This document shows, piece after piece, positions 52,268 to 61,533 of a stretch of 64,000 nt of DNA. Origin of the DNA: Alphaproteobacteria bacterium (lineage in GTDB: Bacteria > Pseudomonadota > Alphaproteobacteria > MPNO01 > UBA830); NCBI GenBank assembly GCA_965243135.1, contig OZ251539.1, positions 320,001-384,000 of the forward strand, given 5' to 3'. Each line of letters starts with the position of its first letter. The stretch's first letter is position 1. A program made the position numbers and the translations under genes. The notes under the pieces are model-generated. The model saw nothing but the letters and a program-made list of their open reading frames with translations, made no database searches and had not been told where the DNA came from.

Positions 52268-53644
52268 ATGGCGAGAGACATCTACCAGGAGGTCACCGAC
52301 ACGATCCTGGCCCAGCTCGAAAAAGGCGTGCGCCCGTGGCAACGGCCGTGGGAGACCGGCGTCGAGGCCGAGAAGCCGGCCCCGACCCTGCCCCTCCGCC
52401 ACAACGGCGAACCCTACCGCGGCACCAACGTCGTTCTCCTCTGGTCCGCCGCCTCCGAGCGCGGCTACGACAAGCCCACCTGGATGACCTACCGTCAGGC
52501 GCAGGAACTCGGCGGCAATGTCCGCAAGGGCGAAAAGGGCGTCCTCGTCACCTTCGCCAAGACCTGGACGAAGACGGAGGTCGATCCCGAGACCGGAATC
52601 GAGGAGGAGAAGGAAGTTCCGGTCATGAAGGGCTACACCGTCTTCAACGTCGCCCAGATCGACAGCCTGCCGCAACAGTACTACGAGCGGAAGTCGGAAG
52701 AGATGAGCCCGGCGGCGCGGATCGAGGGGGCTGAGGCGTGGCTCCAGGCGACCGGCGTGGAACTGCGGCACGGCGGCGACAAGGCGTACTACAGCCCGGC
52801 CGGCGATTACGTGCAGTTGCCGTCCTTCGCGGCGTTCCGGGAGCCGCTCGGCTACTACGCGACGGCGATGCACGAGATCACGCACTGGACGCGGCACCCG
52901 GACCGTCTGGACCGGAATTTCGGGCAGAAGCGCTTCGGCGACAACGGCTACGCGATGGAGGAGCTGACGGCCGAACTGGGTTCCGCCTTCGTCGGCGCCG
53001 AGACGGGGATCGCGCCGGAGGTGCGCGAGGACCACGCGGCCTACATCGGCGCCTGGATGGCGGTGATGAAGGACGACAAGAAGGCCTTCTTCACGGCGGC
53101 GTCGCACGCCGCGAAGGCGGCCGAATTTCTGAGCGGGCTGACCGAGGGTTACCGGCGGACGGAGACCTTGGAGGAAACCCGGGAAGAGACGGTCGTGGTG
53201 CGGGCGCCGCCGCCAGCTCCGCCGTTGGTGACCGCGGAGCCGGCGGTGCAGGGGGAGCTGTTCCGGGGCGTCCCGGCGCGCGCTTTGGCGGGACCGGACG
53301 ACATCGTCCGCGGCGACTTGATCCGGTGGACCGAAGAGGTCCGCTCCGGCCCGTGGCCGTCGGTCGCCGGCCGGCGCGCGGTCGAGGCCGTGGTCGAGGA
53401 TTTCGTGGTCGACGCCGGCGGCGCGGGGGAGGACGCGGTCAGTCTCCTCGTCCGGAATTCCGAAGGGACCGCCGCGCTCGAAGCCGGCGACCGCATCTGC
53501 AGGACCGGCGACGACCTGTTCCGGGCGGGCTGCGAGCGGAGCGCCGGAAAGGAAGGAACGGAGCGGCAGGACGCCCTCGAGGAAAAGAACGCCGAGCGGG
53601 CGGCGCAGCGGGCGCACGCCCGAAGCTACGGCGTGTCGGCGTAG
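52268..53644 (+). CDS. ardC: Antirestriction protein ArdC with C-terminal extension
   Basis: IYQEVTDTI...GVRPWQRPW, YRGTNV..LW, WMTYRQAQELGGNVRKGEKG, YTVFN, zincin HEITHW, YAMEELTAELGSAF and HAAYI.AW. Confidence 0.93.
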   Translation: MARDIYQEVTDTILAQLEKGVRPWQRPWETGVEAEKPAPTLPLRHNGEPYRGTNVVLLWSAASERGYDKPTWMTYRQAQELGGNVRKGEKGVLVTFAKTWTKTEVDPETGIEEEKEVPVMKGYTVFNVAQIDSLPQQYYERKSEEMSPAARIEGAEAWLQATGVELRHGGDKAYYSPAGDYVQLPSFAAFREPLGYYATAMHEITHWTRHPDRLDRNFGQKRFGDNGYAMEELTAELGSAFVGAETGIAPEVREDHAAYIGAWMAVMKDDKKAFFTAASHAAKAAEFLSGLTEGYRRTETLEETREETVVVRAPPPAPPLVTAEPAVQGELFRGVPARALAGPDDIVRGDLIRWTEEVRSGPWPSVAGRRAVEAVVEDFVVDAGGAGEDAVSLLVRNSEGTAALEAGDRICRTGDDLFRAGCERSAGKEGTERQDALEEKNAERAAQRAHARSYGVSA

Positions 53645-53661
53645 GCGCGGGAGGGGCGGAA

Positions 53662-53871
53662 ATGAAGCTCGACATCGGGACGAAGGTGCAGATCTTCGAG
53701 GGCGGCGAGTGGGACGACCACGGCGAGGTGGTCGAAATCCGCGGGCATGACGCCGTCGTCCGGTGGCACGCCAGCGGGATGACGGCGGTGTCGTCCTGCG
53801 CAGAGTTGGCGGACCTCGTGGTCGCGGAGTGGAGCTGGGATCCGCAGCACCTGCCGGAGAACCCTGCGTAG
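53662..53871 (+). CDS. Small beta-rich (SH3/Tudor-like) protein
   Basis: GGAGGG RBS; MKLDIGTKVQI...HGEVVEI...VVRW; decayed copy at 44110-44305. Confidence 0.55.
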   Translation: MKLDIGTKVQIFEGGEWDDHGEVVEIRGHDAVVRWHASGMTAVSSCAELADLVVAEWSWDPQHLPENPA

Positions 53872-54019
53872 GGGCGGGCGTCCTCGCAACGCGTGGTCGC
53901 CTCGCCCGGCGGTTTCGGCCGGGCGAAGGGGGTTCTCGGGATGCGGCGGTGTCGCTTGCATGTCAGAACTGCCCGGCGTCAAGGAACGCCCTCAGCCCGT
54001 GCCGACGAGTAAGGGTGCG

Positions 54020-54380
54020 ACATGTCAACGGCCTGCCGCGGCGGTACTGCGACCGGAGAAGAGATGATCCCGGCGGTGCCGGGAGCTGAGTCGCGGCTCC
54101 AGGAGACCGGCGCGGAGCCGCGGCACGGCGGTGACAAGGCGTACCGCAGCCTGGCGAGAGATTACGTGCAGCTGCCGTCCTTCGCGGCGTTCCGTGAGGG
54201 CTCGGCTACTACGCGACGGCGATGCCACACACTGTCGCGGCCTGGACCGGAATTTCGGGCAGAAGCGTCTCAACGACGGCTATGTGGTGGAGGAGCTGAC
54301 GGTCGAGCCGGGTTCCGCCTTCGTCGGCGCCGCGACCGGGGAATGGTTTTCCGCCGCCGCGGGCCGTGCCGAGGCGTTCC
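54020..54380 (+). pseudogene. ardC: Internal ardC remnant
   Basis: RHGGDKAY...DYVQLPSFAAFRE, LDRNFGQKR and EELT.E.GSAFVGA. Confidence 0.8.
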
Positions 54381-54384
54381 GCAG

Positions 54385-54657
54385 TCACTCTTCCTTTACG
54401 GGTTCCACGATCACCCGGCCGCGGCCGCGGCGAACGAGGTAACCTCCTCGCGGAATGCTCAACTTGCCCTGCTCGATCAGCTGCATGATCGCTCCGGCCA
54501 TTACGGCGGCGTTGCGATCTTCGGGAACCGGTTTGCTTTGCTTTGCGATCCACTTCGCGAACGCCTCGTCGGCGATATCGGTCCCGAGGGATTTGCGCAA
54601 CGCCTCAAGCTTGCGAAGGTGGCCTTTCGTGAGTTGGTTTTCGTCAAAACCCGCCAT
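54385..54657 (-). CDS. Small hypothetical protein (90 aa)
   Basis: MAGFDENQLTKGHLRKLEALRKSLG...; purine-rich RBS; natural-looking composition. Confidence 0.65.
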   Translation of the reverse strand: MAGFDENQLTKGHLRKLEALRKSLGTDIADEAFAKWIAKQSKPVPEDRNAAVMAGAIMQLIEQGKLSIPRGGYLVRRGRGRVIVEPVKEE

Positions 54658-54888
54658 CGATCTTCTTTCCGTTGTTGAATTCCGCCAAGCGGAACAGGGA
54701 AGGGAACATAGCCGATGGCTCCCTCGAAAACAACAACCGGATATTCTGACTGCGCCGTTGCGAGGCGACCGTGAGGTCTCTATATCCCTGCTGAGGGAGA
54801 AAACATGCGTGCGACTGAAAATCACCGTGGGGCAGGCCCGACAGCGGTTGGGATCCAAGGGCGCCGAGCGAGTGCGCGTCGCGCATGC

Positions 54889-57354
54889 GTGGAAGAGGTA
54901 AGCGTCGTCATGGTCTCGTACCAGACGGGGGGGGGGTGCTGTTCGAGTCCATTGAGGCCGTGCTCGCCGCCGACCAACGGGGCGTGGACGAAGTGATTCT
55001 CGTGAACAATGGCAATCCGGATTCGGTGGCCGCTGCGCTGACACGCATGTCGGCCGCAGAACCACGGCTGAAGATCGTTTCCGGTCACGGCAACGTCGGA
55101 TTCGCACGCGGCTGCAATATCGGCGCCGCAGAGAGCAAAGGCCGTTACCTCTTGTTGCTGAACCCTGACTGTCGCCTTGCGACGGCCGCTATTCCCGCGC
55201 TACTGACCGAAGCGTCGAAGCTCGGCGACGACTGGCTGCTCGGGTGCCGCCTGACCGACGCCGCCGGAAGCGAGCAACGCGCAACGCGGCGCGCTCTTCT
55301 CACGCCCCGCACCGCCCTTGTGGAAGCTTTAAGGCTGGATAGATTCGCGCCGTTCCGGCGGTGCCGTCTCAATCTTCATCGGGAACCAGAAATTCCCGCT
55401 AAGGTGGCCGCCCTTTGCAAAAGGCGCGTCGAGATAGCATCGTTACCGAGGGACCAGCCGTCGCGACGCACCTTTCCCGCTTCGGCCTGGCGCCGACATA
55501 GCCTTGACTACCCTGCTTCCCCTGAAAAACCTGCTTTAGCACACTCGGACACGGTGCCGGGTCAGGAGGTGGGAATTCCCACTGCTTTCCGGTGTCCAAA
55601 CGCGATCGTAGAGCGTCTCCCAGTCCTTCAGGAAGTAGTCGAGAAACAATGCCCGCACTTTTTCCCAGAAGTAAATGGGCCGCTTGGCCTTCGTTTGCGC
55701 CTGTTGGAACAGTTTGCAACATCGCTGTTGAATCTGGTCAATCAGGAACGCTAGCATCAACGCGAAGACAGTCGACAGATTGTTGTTACCGTGACCGAAG
55801 TTGTGCTCAGTAGCCTTGGTTCTTCAGGGTGTTGAAAGTTTCGTTTTCGATCTTCCAGCGCGCCCGCCCGGTGCGCATCAACTCCGTTCCCTTCGTCAAT
55901 TGGCAGATCCGTGACCCAGGAGAAACGTTGTTTCTTGCCGTTTGGAAGCTTCTCCCAGTGAAAGTTCACTTTGAGGTCGAAGTGCGTATCGTTCAGAGGC
56001 ACTCCGTACCGGAATTCGTGCCGTATGTTGTCCTCGTCCGTGAACTCCCGGTGCTCCACGGACGGCGCGTTGTTGACCCACAGGAACTTGTGGTCGCCAG
56101 GCTTTGCACCCAGTATGAAACGCATGTCTAACTCCTTGAGAAGATTGACATGCGGTCCATTTGAGGCCAGCCCATCCTCCAACACGATCAACTTCAGGTG
56201 CGGGTGTTCACGACGCACATCTTTCAAAAGCCGTTTCGCTGCGTTCGCAATCATTCTTTTTTGCGCCGTCTCCCTTCAGGATCGGTTCCGGTGCAAACGG
56301 AAAAACCTCCTTCTGTTCCGGGTGCACCAGAACGGCTCCCAACATCTGGTGGTAGTAGGTAATCGTACCGTCGCGGTGATGTTTCTCGCAGCAGTTTTTA
56401 CAGTGCACCTTGTCCGACGAAAAGTATCCCGTTCCTCGAAAGAGCGTAATACCCGTTCAGACAAGTGTATTGTTCCAGCCCCTTGCCTCGTTGCAAAACC
56501 TGGAACATCTTCGTGAAACAACGCCGCAATTGCCGCGGACAGACTTCGTCAAGCCGTTCTCGCATCGCAGAGTCCGACGGCACACGCTTGACGCAAGTTC
56601 GCGAGGTTGTGCCGAACCGCTTCGTCGGCGTGTGCGGCATCGTCGAATTGTAGAAGCGACGCATACTTCATACCGAACACCGCCAAACCCGACATCAGAC
56701 AGTCCGTCTGGTTCAGCCCCCGGCTGGCAATCGGATCTTCGATACGGTCGAAACAAGCTCGCACTTCCTTCAGCAACCCCGGAGCGCTGAGCGTCTTGCG
56801 CATGCCTGGCATTCTGGCCATTTTGGTGCAATCCCGCCTCGCCTTCGGACCACTTTCCAGAGAAAAATGCTCCGCTTGAAGGCAAATAGCCCCGAATCAC
56901 CTCGAAAAGTCCACGAAAAATTTTTTTCCGACCCCATATTTTCCAAGGGTTTTGAGCCTTAGCGGGAATTGCTGATCGGGAACCGCTTCCCAACCGAACC
57001 ACGCGCGTACCTGTCATCAGCGGAGCGTGCATGATGTTGCCGACAAGCACCTACCGTGCCGTGGGCGGGATGGACGAAGGTTATTTTCTGCACGTGGATG
57101 ATCTGGATTTTTGCCTGCGGTTGCATCGGGCGGAGATCCCGGTCTATTTCGCGCCGCATGTGACGGCAGTCCATCACGGAGGCACCAGCCATGCCAATCC
57201 GGTATGGGTGGAATGGTGCAAGACGCGCGGTTTTCTGCGCTATTTCCGGAGGCATTTTTTCGGCCCATGGCTCCTCCCCGTCGCCGTTGCCACGCTGATT
57301 CGGTTCGGGTTGAAGGCGGCGTCGATTTTCGTGCGCCGGCCCCGGCGGACCTGA
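54889..57354 (+). pseudogene. Glycosyltransferase family 2, split by IS and with a poly-G frameshift near 54930
   Basis: VSVVMVSY, VILVNNG, NVGFARGCNIG, LLLNPD; after the IS, ISGACMM, GGMDEGYFLHVDDLDFC and VHHGGTS. Confidence 0.85.
55387..56974 (-). mobile_element. ISNCY-like DDE IS, copy 2 (frameshifted)
   Basis: Same TIRs as 14143-15759; 9-bp TSD ATCGGGAAC (55378, 56975); MARMPGMRKTLSAPGLLK start. Confidence 0.87.
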
Positions 57355-57879
57355 CGAATGCCCGACAGAGCCGAATCGCCCGGCGCGTCGCCCCAAGCGC
57401 CCCTTGCAGGCGCCCGGATGAAACGTACGAGAGGCCGCTGAAAAAGCCGCTCCTCGATTTCGAATCTCCCCGCAAGGTTCTCCGTCCCGAACATCCGTTC
57501 GGACATCTCCGCAGGAACAAGCTCTGGGTTATCCCCGGCGGAGATAGCCTGCCCGTCAGGAGGTGACCCCCGGAAAGAGCTGACGCAAGGCGGCTTTCCG
57601 AAGCAAATCTACGAGCGTCTCCAGAACAACCGGAGGGCTCGTTCGGCTTGCCGCGCAACTGTTGCTGGACGGACATTTCCCACCCTCGCTGCACGACGAT
57701 ATCCTGGCGACGCGCTTCGGGAAAGGGGCGAGTTAAGCGGCTGTAATCGATCTTCTTTCCGTTGTCGGATTCCGTCCTGCGAGCAGTACAAGGAAAGAAT
57801 TATAATCGGCAATTCGTCCGAAAACAATCTTCCGACGACTTGATTGTCATTAACTGACAGTATGAGCGATCCATGCATC

Positions 57880-60121
57880 ATGTCCGGTTTGGGCGCTTCA
57901 GAGCAGGGCGGCGCTCTCAACGGTTGGTCGATCAACGGAGCGCCTTGGCTCGTCGATACGTCGGAAAAGGCATCTCGATTCGTTGAGATGAGGCCCGGTT
58001 CTGAGCGCCAAGTTCTCGTCGTTTCGATGCGGGATTCGAGTGACGATCCCGAAGCCATGCCGATTTAGGTCAGGTCCGTGTTCGAGCGGACGGTCAGAAC
58101 CGCCCATGTCGTCGTCACGGCGACGGGAACCTTCGCTCTGACCAGGCTTGATTGGAAAGGAGCCGTCGCTCTTCCGGCAGGCCGTCCGGACCTACAGGAC
58201 GGGTTTCGATCCGAAAGGCGCGGCACCTCGCGAACATCCGTTGCTCGGCGGGTGCATAACGGATTGACCGGGCGGCCCGCGGTTTCGAGGTCGCGGAAAC
58301 TGCCTGCACGGCATTGTCGACCGGCAGGGTCGCGAACGCTTGTTGCCGTCTTAATGTCGCTCTCAAGCAGGCTACGCGGAAATTGCGCAAGAAAACTACG
58401 GCCGCCGTTTCGGTGACGGTTGCCGAGCGTGTGGCGCTGATCCAACGGGAAAACGAAGAGGTCGTCGTGGGGTGCAAATCTATTTTTGTAAAACCTTGTT
58501 TGCTCCGGGAAAGGATTCCCGCCGTCAGGCCGCGATGACGTCCAATGCCTGGTTTTCGTTTGCGGCGTGCGTTCCGGTCATCGCCAGCCGCGTCGAAGCG
58601 GCCCGACGCCGCCCTGAAGGTAAGGACGTTCTGACCGCATGCTCCAGCGCTGGCCCGCCCGTTTCATGCGGTGGTTGACCAGCACCTTGTTGGCGGCCTC
58701 CACGACGCCCGACCCGACCGGGTAACCCTTGGCCTTGAGGTTAGCGTAGCGCCCCCTGTTCTTGCGGAAGAATGCAAGCTCGCGGTCGAGAATCTTGAGC
58801 GCCGTTGCCTTGCCGCGGAGATGGTGAATCGCCCGGACGACCTTGTCGGCACCCTTTTCGTCGTCGCGCAGGATGGCGCGGTACCTGTCGTACCAGTCGG
58901 TCGCGACCGCGTGGTCGGCAACCTCGCTGAGGTGCTCGCACGCATGAAAGAAGTCGACCGCCCGTTCGTCGGGCTGAAGCCCCTCGAGAAACGTCCAGTT
59001 GTCGGGCGCGGCGTCGGCGACGGCGACCAGCGGCAGGTCGGGCCGCACTTTCCGGACGTGGGCGACCTCGGCGGCGAGCTGCGCCTTCAGCGTCGCCTTG
59101 CCGGCTTCCGGCATACGCGCAACGCTCACCGTTCTCAGGCGATTGCCGTCCGCGTCGTGGAAGCTGACAGTCCCGCAGGACGCCTCGCGCCAGCACGCTT
59201 CCCTGTCCCCGTCGGGGCGAAGCGGAACCCCGTCGAGCGAGACGGTGCAGGAAGCCGCTTCGCACCGTTTCCGCCTCGCGGATGTCGTTCCTGGCCGTCC
59301 CCTCCTTCTCGTTCCAGCGCTCGCCCGCCTTCGTCAACAGACGCGCAACTCGACGACGGGTTCATGCCCCGTTTGAGGATTTTGGCTCCGTCCGTCGGCG
59401 TGCAGTGGCACAGAAGCATAAGGGCGCTTTGCGCCGCCGGACCCGTGAGGTACTTGTCGAACAGGCCCAGGCCTTCGTCGACCGGCGAGAACGACGGGCT
59501 TCCCGGCGACCGGCGGACGCAAGAACTTGACCGGACCGAACAGCGTGGGTTTTCGACGTCGCTTTGGTGGACCGGTAGAAGACCCGGCCGTCCCGGCGGA
59601 CCGGGCCGGCGTTCTCGTCCCGATCCTCGACGTGCTTCACCGCGCGACCGAGCCCCCGCTTGCGCAGCCCGACCTCGAAATCGGCGAACGCCTCGGGGCC
59701 CCCTCGTTCGGCCCCTTCGGAAGGCCGCGAAAGACCGGAATGCTTCGACGGCCTCGCCCCCTTTCCCGAGGAAGGTTGCGAACGTTTGCAAAGCCTCGGC
59801 GGTCTCCCGGGAAAAAATCGAAAGGGACAAGCCGGTCGAAAGCTGCGATGCTGGCATGGGAGTGCTCCCGATGTTGTGGTTCGGAACCAACATTATGCCG
59901 CGCGCCTGGAGCATTCCTTTTTTCGTCCTCCGGCTCCGCTGTCGTGACAAAATTCGCGCCGGTTGTCACGAAATCGCTGATTTCGGCCTTGAGGCGCCGC
60001 AGCCAAAACCAGAATAATTATTGAAAATCAACGCACTGCAGGTTTTTCGGTTTTACAATTCTAGACCTGCACCCTCGTCGTGGGTTCGTCTCCGAACCAC
60101 CTCTGGACGAGAACTACCTGA
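57880..60121 (+). pseudogene. Decayed paralogue of 31692-33350, split by ISKra4-like IS
   Basis: PWLVDT, DSSDDPEA, SVFERTV..AHVVVTATG, KQATRKLRKKT and ENEEVVV, resuming after the IS as GS.PNHL.TR.T*. Confidence 0.8.
58470..60074 (-). mobile_element. ISKra4-like IS, frameshifted
   Basis: TIRs GGGTGCAAATCTATTTTTGTAAAACC and GGTTTTACAATTCTAGACCTGCACCC; 8-bp TSD TCGTCGTG (58462, 60075); motifs VADAAPDNW, VDFFHACEHL and GSGVVEAANK. Confidence 0.85.
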
Positions 60122-60323
60122 ATAACGGCGGCCAGTAGGATGGCGTCCCCTGCGCCGAGGTATCAAGGGAGGTCGGAATGTCCTCGTCCTCGGGGCGTAG
60201 GTCAGATCGCTTCGATTTGGCAGGCCGAGCGATAATCGGACCAGCTGCGCGGACGATGGTCGTACGATAAAATCCACTGCGGCTTGACGACGGAAGACCT
60301 GATTTCCGGAAAAACCTTAGCGA

Positions 60324-60644
60324 TCAATTTTCTCGAATCTCGGTGGAAGAACCGACCACTCCTAATTTGGCAGCTGCTAGTCTGTTTTCATTTTCGCTCC
60401 CAGCAAGAGTCCACCCTTGCTGAAGCTGACGATGCATGTATTGTTTATTGTATAAAAAGGAAACTATGATTTGCCACCATCCAAGTGTAACTATGGTAAA
60501 CAGCAGATGAAGTGCTGCTACGCCCAGCTCGCCGCGAATAAGAGGAACAAACCAACCAAAAAATAAGAATGTCCAGCTGTATCCGTAATATCCAGGTTTG
60601 ATTATGCCGGTTTTCTCGTGCTTTATGATGATCTTAGTCGCCAT
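60324..60644 (-). CDS. Small membrane protein (HrgC/DUF2628-like)
   Basis: GYSWTFLFFGWFVPLIRGE, hydrophobic helices and YNKQY....L..GW; AAGGA RBS. Confidence 0.65.
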   Translation of the reverse strand: MATKIIIKHEKTGIIKPGYYGYSWTFLFFGWFVPLIRGELGVAALHLLFTIVTLGWWQIIVSFLYNKQYMHRQLQQGWTLAGSENENRLAAAKLGVVGSSTEIREN

Positions 60645-60849
60645 CAGATTATTTCCTTTCTTTCCGCTAACAGGATCTCCAAACACCGAGCAGTGAATAG
60701 CATGAGCACAAATACGACGTAGAGGACACAAATATCTCGCCTATTCGCCTGCGATGCTGGAAATTATCCTCGTTAGTCAATGAATTTGATTGTCCTCGAT
60801 CAACATCGAAGTACACGGCAGACTGCCGATAATCCCTATCGTAGGGCAT

Positions 60850-61130
60850 TATCGGGGTGGACTGGCCAGCGAGTCAAGAGGCTGCGGCGGTGGGACGTTC
60901 ACCGCAGGGAGGCACAGCCCGGTCGCCGCGAAAATCTTCCTCGGAACCGGTCCAACGCTGGGCCATGCCAAACGCTGGCGACGCAATCCCGAAGGCGCGG
61001 TTCGCCTCCAAAGCACGACGTGTGCCCTCCGTGTCGTCCTTCCGTTTCCTAGCCCGGGGCTTCTCCTCAACGATCTCCAGACGCTCGGAAACGTCCGGCC
61101 GGGAAGGCATTGCTAGGCCAACCTGCCTTG
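60850..61130 (-). pseudogene. IS30 transposase remnant
   Basis: PSRPDVSERLEIVEEKPR resembles PGRVDIAERPEIVEEKSR at about 10240. Confidence 0.5.
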
Positions 61131-61533
61131 GCGGGCGAATAGTGCTTCTTGCCGCGGTGCTGGGTGGAACAGCGTTTCGCCAAACCCCCGATCCGTGACG
61201 GCCGTCCGTTCCGGCGTCAGTCGGCGAAGAATTGTCGTGCGAGTGCCTGGGTCGAGAACGAGTTCGGAGGCACGCCGTTGGAAGATAAATGTGGCTTTGC
61301 AAGGAGCAGGGACACCGGGTCGGAAATGACTACAAGCCGACCGCCGCATCGCTCGTGAGGCTTACGTTCTCGGCAATCAATGTGCGGCAACAAAGGGCTG
61401 GAATGCTGTGCAGCCGCTTGGAAGCAGCCGATCCAGAGATTGGCGTGGTCTGTACACATCGGACACTGTAGCCAGCGTGCGACCGTCCATTGAGTGGCGG
61501 GTCGCGAGCTGAGTAGGTCGGTGTCGGTGCACG

